A stretch of DNA of 64,000 bases from an uncultured Methanospirillum sp. (GTDB lineage: Archaea > Halobacteriota > Methanomicrobia > Methanomicrobiales > Methanospirillaceae): contig CAZWTX010000006.1 of assembly GCA_964637135.1 (NCBI GenBank), positions 1 to 64,000 on the forward strand, written 5' to 3'. Made by a program: the position numbers and the translations under genes. Shown here in pieces: positions 28,259 through 37,098 of the stretch. Numbering within the stretch: position 1 is the first letter of the stretch; each line of letters opens with the position of its first letter. Under the pieces are notes generated by a model, which was not told where the DNA came from, searched no databases, and was given only the letters and a program-made list of their open reading frames with translations.

Positions 28259-30880
28259 ATGTCATCTGAAAAACCGGTCCATGTTCTCTTCATCGATGAT
28301 GAGCCGGGTCTGCTGAGTGCATTACGTGATTACCTTCAGATTATCCATCAGATTGAGGTTGAAATATCAGAATCGGCCTCAGAGGCCCTCTACAACACTG
28401 ACATCTTTACGTATGACTGCCTGATTGTAGATTATGACATGCCGGAAATCGACGGGATCTCACTTCTCAAGGAGATCCGATCGATTAATCCCGATATTCC
28501 CATTATTGTCTTCACCGGAAAAAGCCGTGAGGATGTGGTGATTGATGCCCTGAATAACGGGGCTGATTTTTACCTTCAGAAAGGCGGTGACGCCGATGAA
28601 CTGTTTGCAGAGCTTGCCCATGACATTGACCGCTGTGTGCGGCGGTACCGGGCTGAGCAGGCTCTTATCCTCAGCGAAAAACGGTACCGGGCCCTGATCG
28701 AGGACCAGACCGAGTTCATCTGCCGGCTCAGCCCGGATGGAATCATCACCTATGCAAATCCGGTCTTCTCATCGTACCTCGGTGTCAGCGACGGTGAACT
28801 GACAGGAAAATCGTTCTTTGATCTCTACAGCAGTGAACGGGACCGCATCCTTGATGCAATCGAGTGCTGTGATCCCGATTATGCAGTAACGACCATGGAA
28901 CTTCACCTGGAAACCGACAGAACGGCTGTCCGGTGGCAACAATGGTCTGTCCACGTTCTGTATGATTCCCATTTCACCATCACCGAGTATCTCATGGTCG
29001 GACGTGATATAACTGAAAAACGTGAGGTGGAGAGACAAATCCGGATTCAACGGGATTTAGGTCTATCGATGGCGATGGCGTCATCGATAGAGTCGGTCCT
29101 TGATCTCTCGCTGGCTGCGGCATCTGAACTCTCCGGCATGGAGAACGGGATCACGTACCTCAGAGACCGCCACTCCGGGTTGATCCGGGAGAGGTACAGC
29201 CGGGGGAGATCCATTCAGGCACTCCGGATCTATATGGGTGTTTTCGAGGGTGAACGCAAGGACTACCTGGCCGTCTCCACCGGATCCCCACGATACCTGA
29301 GCATGACTGATATGCGCCGGTATGAAGTCCCGTTCCTCTCGGTGGCCTTCATCCCCATCCAGCGATATGATGAGACGGTGGGATGGTTCATCCTTGCATC
29401 CGACACGATTGTCGAGGTTCCCATGGCCTGTCGTCAGGCCCTGGAATCAATCGCTTCACAGATTGGGAACGTCATCCAGCGGATAGAAGCAGAGGAGGCA
29501 TTGCGTGACGCCTTGCTGGAAAGTGAGGAGCGGTACATGCAGCTCTCTGAATGCTCGCCTGATGCAATCGCGATTCTGAACGGGAAGCAACCTGTCTACC
29601 TGAACCAGGCAGCGCTTCATCTCTTCGAGGCAGATTCGTTCTCCGATTTTTCAAGCCGCCCGATCACGTCCTATCTCGAGTCTCCGTTTGATGCCCATTT
29701 TGAGGCGTTTGTTCGGGAAACCAGTTCAAACCAGCCCCCTTTCACCGGTGACGGATGGTTGAGAAGCGTTACCGGGAGAAAGATCTACGGGGAACTGATC
29801 GCGGTTCCGATTACCCACGGTGGCGAATCGGCAACGCTCATCATCATCAGGGATAAGACGACCCACCGGGAACAGGAAGAGGCCCTGCAGGAGAGCGAAC
29901 GACGGTTCAGGGAGATGTCAGACCTCCTTCCCGAACCGGTCTTCGAAGCTGATGCTGATGGAATTATTACATTCTGCAACCGCTCAGCCCACCAGATGCC
30001 GCATACCTGGCAGCCGGCCCAGCCGGGTGACCAGGTTGAGAACCTGGTGCAGGGTGAAGGAAGTGAGACGTTTGTCTCCCTTATTCAGGACGTGAAAAAT
30101 AACCGGTTACCGGGATCCTGTGATTGTGCAAGCCGTAGTCCGTCCGGAGAAGTCCGTCATTACCATATCTCCATTGCCCCGATCCTCAGGCAGGATGAAT
30201 GTCTCGGGGTCAGGGGGGTGCTCCTTGATATCACGAATATCAGGAGGTTCCAGGAGGATCTCCAGCGGATCATCGAGGAGAAGGACATTCTCTTCCGCGA
30301 GATTCATCACCGGGTAAAGAATAACATGCAGATCATCTCGAGTCTCCTCCAGCTCCAGGAGGAGTACATCGATGATACCCGCGTTCTGAATGCATTACAG
30401 GACTGTGAACAGCGGATAGGTTCGCTCGCCCTTGTGCACGAAACCCTGTACCGGACTGATTCACTCGTTGAAATACCGTTCGCGGTCTATCTTGAGAGTC
30501 TTGCAGATGCCGTCATCAGCAGCTATGCTACCGTAAGTGATATCCGGGCAGAGATAGATGTCGGAGATACAACACTCAGCCTGGACACGGCTGTTACCCT
30601 CGGGCTCATCCTGAATGAGATGATGGTAAATTCGATGAAATATGCCTTTCAGGGGCGTTCATCCGGTCTGATTTCACTCCGGCTCAGGCAGATTGAGGGG
30701 TCTTTCATGCTTGAGTATCGTGATAACGGAATCGGTCTTCCTGAAGGATTTGACATGGACAGAAGCGGGTCACTGGGGATGCGACTAATCCGCATCCTGG
30801 CCAAGCAGATCCAGGGAACCGTGGAGATCCAGAGTGAACCGGGAAAAGGTTTTCTCGCGAATATCTCTCTTCCCGGCTGA
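28259..30880 (+). CDS. Hybrid sensor kinase REC-PAS-GAF-PAS-PAS-HisKA_2-HATPase
   Basis: DYDMPEIDG, GADFYLQKG, PAS motifs (GRDITE, LLDIT), REIHHRVKNNMQIISSLL, NE...NS.KYAF, DNGIG, SLG. Confidence 0.92.
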   Translation: MSSEKPVHVLFIDDEPGLLSALRDYLQIIHQIEVEISESASEALYNTDIFTYDCLIVDYDMPEIDGISLLKEIRSINPDIPIIVFTGKSREDVVIDALNNGADFYLQKGGDADELFAELAHDIDRCVRRYRAEQALILSEKRYRALIEDQTEFICRLSPDGIITYANPVFSSYLGVSDGELTGKSFFDLYSSERDRILDAIECCDPDYAVTTMELHLETDRTAVRWQQWSVHVLYDSHFTITEYLMVGRDITEKREVERQIRIQRDLGLSMAMASSIESVLDLSLAAASELSGMENGITYLRDRHSGLIRERYSRGRSIQALRIYMGVFEGERKDYLAVSTGSPRYLSMTDMRRYEVPFLSVAFIPIQRYDETVGWFILASDTIVEVPMACRQALESIASQIGNVIQRIEAEEALRDALLESEERYMQLSECSPDAIAILNGKQPVYLNQAALHLFEADSFSDFSSRPITSYLESPFDAHFEAFVRETSSNQPPFTGDGWLRSVTGRKIYGELIAVPITHGGESATLIIIRDKTTHREQEEALQESERRFREMSDLLPEPVFEADADGIITFCNRSAHQMPHTWQPAQPGDQVENLVQGEGSETFVSLIQDVKNNRLPGSCDCASRSPSGEVRHYHISIAPILRQDECLGVRGVLLDITNIRRFQEDLQRIIEEKDILFREIHHRVKNNMQIISSLLQLQEEYIDDTRVLNALQDCEQRIGSLALVHETLYRTDSLVEIPFAVYLESLADAVISSYATVSDIRAEIDVGDTTLSLDTAVTLGLILNEMMVNSMKYAFQGRSSGLISLRLRQIEGSFMLEYRDNGIGLPEGFDMDRSGSLGMRLIRILAKQIQGTVEIQSEPGKGFLANISLPG

Positions 30881-30893
30881 TTGAAGGGGGGAA

Positions 30894-31967
30894 ATGACGG
30901 CGCAGGTGCTTATAGTTGAGGATGAGGCGATAGTAGCTGAATCTCTGGCGTTAAAACTGAGACGATTTGGATATGACGTGCCCGAACCGGTTCCGACCGG
31001 TGAGGAGGCGGTTTCCACCGCCGGGAAGACCCGTCCTGATGTGATCCTCATGGATATCCATCTTGCCGGGGAGATGGACGGGGTATCGGCAGCCTGTGAG
31101 ATCGCTGCCCAGTACAAGATTCCAATCATCTTTCTGACCGCGTATGCTGATGAAAAGACGATAGAGAGAGCAAAAGAAGCAGGACCGTTCGGATATCTTG
31201 TCAAGCCCTTCAGGGAACGGGATCTTCATACCACGATCGAGATGGCACGGGAACGGAGCCGTCTGCAGACCGAACTTGAGGCAGCGAACCGTGAACTTGA
31301 TTCATTCAGTTATTCTGTATCCCATGATCTCCGTGCCCCCCTGATCGCGGTGGACGGGTTCTCCCGGATCCTCGAAGAGGTTCACGGGCATCTCCTCCCG
31401 CAGGACGGTATCGAATGTCTCCACCGGATACGACAGGCATCATCCCATATGGATCGCCTGATCGGTGATTTCCTCCGGCTTTCCCGGGTTTCCCGTGCGA
31501 CATTGATCTGTGAAAACCTCGATATAACAGCCATGGCACGGGAATATCTTTCCCGGATGGCCGCCGAGGAAGCAGACCGCGTCATTTCCTGGACGGTGGA
31601 GGATGGAATGGAGGCGAAAGGGGATCGGGGCCTCATGGAGATTGTCATCACCAACCTCCTTGGAAATGCCTGGAAATACACCCGTAAGACACCCGATCCG
31701 GTCATACACATGGGATGCTATAAACAGGGGATGACGAATATCTTTTACGTGCGTGATAACGGAGCCGGATTCTCAATGGCTGATGTCGGACGGCTGTTCA
31801 TGCCGCTTCAGAGACTCCATTCCCAGCAGGATTTTCCCGGGAACGGGATCGGGCTCGCAACCGTCCAGCGGATTATACACCGTCACGGTGGAAAGATCTG
31901 GGCTCAGGGAGAGGTGGGAGAAGGTGCAACCTTTACCTTTACTCTGGGTGATCAGACATGTTCATAA
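30894..31967 (+). CDS. Hybrid REC-HisKA-HATPase histidine kinase
   Basis: VLIVEDE, MDIHL.G..DG, FSYSVSHDLRAPL, NLLGNAWKY, DNGAGF, G.GIGLA. Confidence 0.92.
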   Translation: MTAQVLIVEDEAIVAESLALKLRRFGYDVPEPVPTGEEAVSTAGKTRPDVILMDIHLAGEMDGVSAACEIAAQYKIPIIFLTAYADEKTIERAKEAGPFGYLVKPFRERDLHTTIEMARERSRLQTELEAANRELDSFSYSVSHDLRAPLIAVDGFSRILEEVHGHLLPQDGIECLHRIRQASSHMDRLIGDFLRLSRVSRATLICENLDITAMAREYLSRMAAEEADRVISWTVEDGMEAKGDRGLMEIVITNLLGNAWKYTRKTPDPVIHMGCYKQGMTNIFYVRDNGAGFSMADVGRLFMPLQRLHSQQDFPGNGIGLATVQRIIHRHGGKIWAQGEVGEGATFTFTLGDQTCS

Positions 31968-32027
31968 CCGGAAGTAATACTTCAGGTTCAAAGAATACAG
32001 TACAAGAGTTGATATGAGGAGGTCAGT

Positions 32028-32426
32028 ATGCCCAGCGTTCTGATTGTTGATGACGACGAGATGGACCGGCGTATATTGCAGAATCTCCTTTGTGGTTCCG
32101 GATACGAGGTGTTAGGGACGGCTCGCACCGGCGAGGAGGGCATCTCCCTGTTCAAACAGATGTGCCCTGACCTGGTGACCCTTGATCTGATGCTCCCCGG
32201 ATTGAATGGTATAGAGGTATTACAGCGAATTATGTATCTTAATCCACAGGCGAATGTGCTCATGTGCACTGCTTCAGATTCGGATCCGATTGTTGAACTC
32301 TCGAGGAAATGTGGTGCCAGGGGATATATCTGCAAGCCGTACCAGGCTGCAGCCCTGCTCAGAACAGTCAAACGGGTTATTGGAGATCCGTCGGTCATGT
32401 CAAGTATGAATACCGGGGGGCGGTGA
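32028..32426 (+). CDS. CheY-like single-domain response regulator
   Basis: VLIVDDD, PDLVTLDLMLP..NG, LMCT, YI.KP. Confidence 0.9.
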   Translation: MPSVLIVDDDEMDRRILQNLLCGSGYEVLGTARTGEEGISLFKQMCPDLVTLDLMLPGLNGIEVLQRIMYLNPQANVLMCTASDSDPIVELSRKCGARGYICKPYQAAALLRTVKRVIGDPSVMSSMNTGGR

Positions 32427-32830
32427 TGGAAGATACGGATGTATCCCAGGAGATCCTGATCGTGGACGATGCCGAGTTTGATCGCAACCTGTTAAAGTCC
32501 ATCCTCCTCTCAGCCGGTTACCCTGTGGCAGGAACCGCCGGAAGCGGAAATGAGGGGATCAGTGAATATTCGCGGCTGTCACCGGATCTTGTGATGCTTG
32601 ACCTGATGATGCCGGATATAAACGGAATCGATGTGCTCAGGAAGATAAGGGACCTAAACCCTGATGCAAAAGTGCTCATGTGCACCTCAGTGAACGAGAC
32701 CTCCATGGTTGAACTGGCCCGCAGGATGGGCGCACGGGGGTATGTGGTCAAGCCGTATGTTGCGCTGCATCTCCTCGCCGCGGTGAAAAAGGTGATTGGA
32801 TCGCCTTCCGGAAGAGCCGCCCCGGTCTGA
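32426..32830 (+). CDS. CheY-like single-domain response regulator
   Basis: ILIVDD, PDLVMLDLMMPD.NG, LMCTS, YVVKP; TGATG overlap with the previous gene. Confidence 0.9.
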   Translation: MEDTDVSQEILIVDDAEFDRNLLKSILLSAGYPVAGTAGSGNEGISEYSRLSPDLVMLDLMMPDINGIDVLRKIRDLNPDAKVLMCTSVNETSMVELARRMGARGYVVKPYVALHLLAAVKKVIGSPSGRAAPV

Positions 32831-32911
32831 AATTTTGGTACCCGGGAACATGAATCCTTTTTTTAAGCTGAGGGGATCCCTACTGCTGGTCTGAATGGCC
32901 GGTTCTGATGT

Positions 32912-33376
32912 ATGGCACGAATACGGGAGGATATTCTGGTGAGGTCTGCTGAAGAACGGGATTATGGTCCGCTCTGCCTGATCGAGCAGGGAACCGGGTG
33001 TCGGTACCAGGCTGCGGTCTTTGTCAGGCAGATGATGACCATCAGTCCGGAGACCGTACTCGTCGCGCAGGAAGGTGACCGGATAGTTGGCTCCCTTATT
33101 GCCCTCTGTCGGAGTGATTCTCCTGCCGAGAGCTGGATCCTCCGGGTCCGGGTGAATGACGGGTGCCGGAGACAGGGATTCGGTTCTTCGCTGATGAATC
33201 GCCTCCTGTGCATCCTTTCAGAACGGGGTGTGCGCCATCTCCGGCTCACGGTCTCACCGGCAAACACAGGTGCTGTCTCGTTCTATCTGAGTCATTCCTT
33301 CTTGGTTCAGGATGATATCGACGGGTATTTCGGAGATGGTGAACGGCGGTACGTGATGTATCGTGATATCAGGTGA
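32912..33376 (+). CDS. GNAT (RimI-like) N-acetyltransferase
   Basis: RRQGFGS.L motif A; LTVSPAN..A..FY; GYFG.GE.R.VM. Confidence 0.88.
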   Translation: MARIREDILVRSAEERDYGPLCLIEQGTGCRYQAAVFVRQMMTISPETVLVAQEGDRIVGSLIALCRSDSPAESWILRVRVNDGCRRQGFGSSLMNRLLCILSERGVRHLRLTVSPANTGAVSFYLSHSFLVQDDIDGYFGDGERRYVMYRDIR

Positions 33377-34610
33377 TCTGAACGGTGTGGACGACCCGTC
33401 CTGATCCTGCCTGACCGGTTATCGACAGGCCCACCGGGTACAACCCGGGTCCCGGGAACGAATGGACCGGTTTCTCTTCCCAGGATGTATTTCCGTCTGA
33501 GAAGTCCCAGAACCAGATCGATGGATCACCTCCCGACTCAGGTGTAAAGAGAATCATATTCCGGTCCCCTACTGATGGCTTCCAGATGAACTCTGCCGGA
33601 TGGACGGTTATGTTCATCGTCATGGAACCCTGTTCGCATTGGTTGCCGATTGTTCTTGTGACCTGGTAGGTTCCGGGATGTTCATACCGGTGCGTGATGA
33701 TCGTGCCTGCTCCGGTGGTACCGTCGCCGAGATCCCAGGAACCGGTAAGTGGGTTATCGGGGGTGCTGCCGGATGACCGATCCGTGAAACGGATTTCGAG
33801 CGGTGCATATCCACCGGCAGGATCCGCAACGAACACCGGTCTGACGGGAGAAACAACCCCGGCCGCTACCTGTGCCCCGTTGAGGTACCAGATCAGGTTG
33901 GTCGAGTTGGACGGGTACCGGATAGAGAAGAGATCCCGGTATATACCTGGTTTGAACACTTCCGGTTGTCCACGATTCAGATCCCCGGGAGTAAACCGGT
34001 TTTGTTCACCAACCGGCAGACGGACCGGGTGATCGTGGCGGTTCACATACCCGAACGACGTCTCCTGGGTCCGGTCAGGTCTGGCGCAGGTAGGACCAAT
34101 CAGCGGAATGAGCATACCCGGCTCCGGTGCAGGGTATTCGATCTCCTCCTCGTGTTCCCTGACCGGTGCAGGGGTGATATCCGGCAGCGGGGTATTTCCA
34201 ACAAGCGTATACCTGTTCAGTATCCCGGTGATCCTGTCCTGGCTGACCAGGTATTTTAATCCTGTCATCCGCTCCATGGTTCCGTCCCAGGTGAGAAACC
34301 GGATCATGCCAGCCTGCCTGAACGGAGAAGCAGGATCGGGGGTAGGAATGGCAGCCGGATCAAAGGTGGCGGGATCAACCGGACCGGGAAGGTCATAGTC
34401 ATGAAAGGTGTACCGGTGCCCTTCGTCGTCGAACCAGAGGATACGCATTTTTTCTGATGATACTGTCTGTTTTTCCCCGGTATCGGGTGATGTCACCGGT
34501 GGTGATTCACGGCTGTCCTGCCGTGATTCAAGGGTGATGAATGCAGCAGTGATGAGCGAGACGATGATCACGGTAACAGCAATGACCGTCAGAGTATTTT
34601 CAGATCCCAT
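33369..34610 (-). CDS. Membrane-anchored PKD-domain surface protein
   Basis: N-terminal TM; two PKD domains (WDLGDG...H.Y..PG.Y.V; WDFSDG...P.H.F..PG.Y.V). Confidence 0.85.
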   Translation of the reverse strand: MGSENTLTVIAVTVIIVSLITAAFITLESRQDSRESPPVTSPDTGEKQTVSSEKMRILWFDDEGHRYTFHDYDLPGPVDPATFDPAAIPTPDPASPFRQAGMIRFLTWDGTMERMTGLKYLVSQDRITGILNRYTLVGNTPLPDITPAPVREHEEEIEYPAPEPGMLIPLIGPTCARPDRTQETSFGYVNRHDHPVRLPVGEQNRFTPGDLNRGQPEVFKPGIYRDLFSIRYPSNSTNLIWYLNGAQVAAGVVSPVRPVFVADPAGGYAPLEIRFTDRSSGSTPDNPLTGSWDLGDGTTGAGTIITHRYEHPGTYQVTRTIGNQCEQGSMTMNITVHPAEFIWKPSVGDRNMILFTPESGGDPSIWFWDFSDGNTSWEEKPVHSFPGPGLYPVGLSITGQAGSGRVVHTVQIT

Positions 34611-34646
34611 CCGTTACGGTAGGTTGCCCCCCGGTGATGATGAATA

Positions 34647-35807
34647 TTAGGACAGGAAGAAATCTTCGAGGGTCTTCTGTGTCTTAACCTGTATGAGAAG
34701 GCTGCTGTGGTGCATCCACCGGTCATAACCAAGCCTGCTGCTGGCATATGCTACCGCCTGGTCGAGCGTTTCGCAGTCAACCGGCCCGGTATTCATGGCA
34801 TTCCTGGTAACCTCCCGTATCACCCACGTGCCAAGGGGTGCCCAGTAATCGGATGATATCCACCTGACAACGAGAACCCTGGCATTGCGCCGGATTTTCC
34901 GGAGATGTTCGAGCACTGCAAGCCGTGCAGAGTAATATGCCCCGGTTATTGGTGAATATCCGGTTTTCTTACGTCCTTCCCGGTCAACCACCACCTGCTC
35001 CTCGTCACCGGCCCAGAGGGATTTCGCTGCCCAGATCTCGATCATCTCATAATTCCAGTCCCCGGGCATGAGAATGACGGCGATATGGTTTCCAAACCGG
35101 GTGTCGGCAAAAACCGATATCCTGTCGTACGAGGGGTACCTGAAGATCTCTTCCTTGAGGGTTTTTCCGAGGGTATCGTCAACGGCCGTGATCGCCCACC
35201 GGGTCGGGACAAGCCGGCGGTTTCGCTCCTCTCCGAGGAGTCCGGCTGACATGAGGCTGATGATCCGGTAGGTGTCCGTTCCATCGCTTTCCAGTTCATG
35301 GCATGCCGTTTCGGCCTTGAGATCGGTATCTGAGACCACCCGGTCCACGGCCCGTTCAATCTTCGGGGTGTCCATGAGATCGAACGAGGTGATAGTACCG
35401 GTCATCCCCACGGGAGCAACCATCCCGTCAAACCTGAGGTCGTACCAGACCGGGCGGTCAAAAGATGTTTCCACGGTCAGGGGGAGCGATGAGAGGGCGA
35501 TATCTTCTATCGCGTCGCGGTACCGGCTCTTCTGGCAGTTACCCCGGATCGTCTGTGCCCTGATGGTCACGATATCATCGATAGACAGTCCTGCCGCCAT
35601 CCAGCCGGGGGGATGATCCGGATCACCGGTTAGGAGAGGAGCCGCGCTGACCGCCGGATACCGGGAGGATCCGATGAAGACCGAGGGAGCGGTTCCGACA
35701 TACTCCGTCTTTGGGATCATCCTGAGTTGTGCCTGGAACCGTGCCGATATCGGGCAGGATGGCCTGCCACAAAGGCCCTTTCCCTTGCATGAGATACAGA
35801 GCGACAT
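34647..35807 (-). CDS. nreA: DNA repair protein NreA
   Basis: CISCKGKGLCG..SCP Zn motif; PSVFIG...YP; LVPTRWAITAVD; G.YY.ARL; C-terminal PIP box QKTLEDFF. Confidence 0.93.
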   Translation of the reverse strand: MSLCISCKGKGLCGRPSCPISARFQAQLRMIPKTEYVGTAPSVFIGSSRYPAVSAAPLLTGDPDHPPGWMAAGLSIDDIVTIRAQTIRGNCQKSRYRDAIEDIALSSLPLTVETSFDRPVWYDLRFDGMVAPVGMTGTITSFDLMDTPKIERAVDRVVSDTDLKAETACHELESDGTDTYRIISLMSAGLLGEERNRRLVPTRWAITAVDDTLGKTLKEEIFRYPSYDRISVFADTRFGNHIAVILMPGDWNYEMIEIWAAKSLWAGDEEQVVVDREGRKKTGYSPITGAYYSARLAVLEHLRKIRRNARVLVVRWISSDYWAPLGTWVIREVTRNAMNTGPVDCETLDQAVAYASSRLGYDRWMHHSSLLIQVKTQKTLEDFFLS

Positions 35808-36060
35808 CAGTCAGAACAGGTCAGGCACTGGTTGGAGATACCGGTCCTGACCTGTCCGGCCCAATCTCCTGTTTTTCCGGAGATCTCTCCTGCATGGTTT
35901 GTACGTTTCCTGATAGTGTTCACCCTTGCATTCCCCTCCATCGCCATATTATGTGGATCAATGTGTGCCTCCCGGTCATATCTTGGATCCTGGTACCTGT
36001 AGCCGGAGGGAATAGATCTGATTCAGGAGACCCTGCTGATTTTTCCGGTCTTCCCGGACA

Positions 36061-37098
36061 TTATACCCGGACCTGCGGTATCACGCGATCACCCAGGTAC
36101 GATTCAATCCCGGCCACCCATTCTTCCCAGATGACCGGGGTATGGGGGACAAGCCGGATGATCTCTTCTCCGATATCGTCATCGCGTTCATTGCATGTTT
36201 TGAGGATGAGTGTTCCGGGTGCTGCCCCCTCCGGGATAATCCCATCCAGATCCCCGTCGGTGATCCCGAGTACCGGCAGACCGAGATGCATCCCGATATG
36301 GGCGGATATCGCGGAGGTATCATCTCCGACAGCGAGTATTCCGCAGACATCGGGAAATATCCGCTCATAGATGCCGGCGGCATCGTGATCCACGATGATA
36401 ATGCGGCCATGGTTTTGTGTACCGGTCCCGGCTGATGGACTTGAACGACGTATCATCCCGCTTTTGCACCAGGCGGAAGCGAGCTCCGGGATCTGTGTCC
36501 GGTGCAGTTTCTCAATCCCGTGGTCCTTGATGGTAAGACCAGACACAGCCCTGATAGTCCCGTTTTCCATCTCGATAACAACCGGGTCCCTGGTTGCGGT
36601 TCCGATGATGATCCCGTTGACGAAAACCGGTTCACCGGGAAGGCACCCGGCGATGGTTCGCCGCGATCCTGAAAGGGGTTCTTCAGATCGTGCAGATACC
36701 ACCCTGAGAGCGCAGCGGCGGGCGATCGCCCTGTTTATGGCATCCTCTGTCCGGTTCCAGAGGATGAGGGTTTTCTGTGCTGTCTCAAGATGAATCAGGC
36801 CTGAAGGGAGCCGGGATGCAATGATGGAGCCGAACCTCCCTGAAGAGGTCGTGTTCTTTGAAGAACAGGCCAGGATGGTCTGGTCAGGATTGCATTCCCT
36901 GAGGATATCACTTGGCCGCCGTCCGTCAAAGATGACTGGCAGACCGGATTCCTCGGCAGCGGTTCTGGCCATGATTCCGGCAACAAGAACCTCTTCAGGC
37001 CGGAGGCGATCTAACAGCCAAGCGGCCTCTCCCCTGTCAAAAATTTCCGGTCCGTGCATCACGAGGGTCAGGGAGAACGGGCGGGTCCCCGGATTCAT
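36061..37098 (-). CDS. DUF2117 family methanogen protein
   Basis: HGPEIFD.G, G.M.RTA, PGEPVFVNGIIIG, GDDT, GITDGD.D motifs. Confidence 0.8.
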   Translation of the reverse strand: MNPGTRPFSLTLVMHGPEIFDRGEAAWLLDRLRPEEVLVAGIMARTAAEESGLPVIFDGRRPSDILRECNPDQTILACSSKNTTSSGRFGSIIASRLPSGLIHLETAQKTLILWNRTEDAINRAIARRCALRVVSARSEEPLSGSRRTIAGCLPGEPVFVNGIIIGTATRDPVVIEMENGTIRAVSGLTIKDHGIEKLHRTQIPELASAWCKSGMIRRSSPSAGTGTQNHGRIIIVDHDAAGIYERIFPDVCGILAVGDDTSAISAHIGMHLGLPVLGITDGDLDGIIPEGAAPGTLILKTCNERDDDIGEEIIRLVPHTPVIWEEWVAGIESYLGDRVIPQVRV

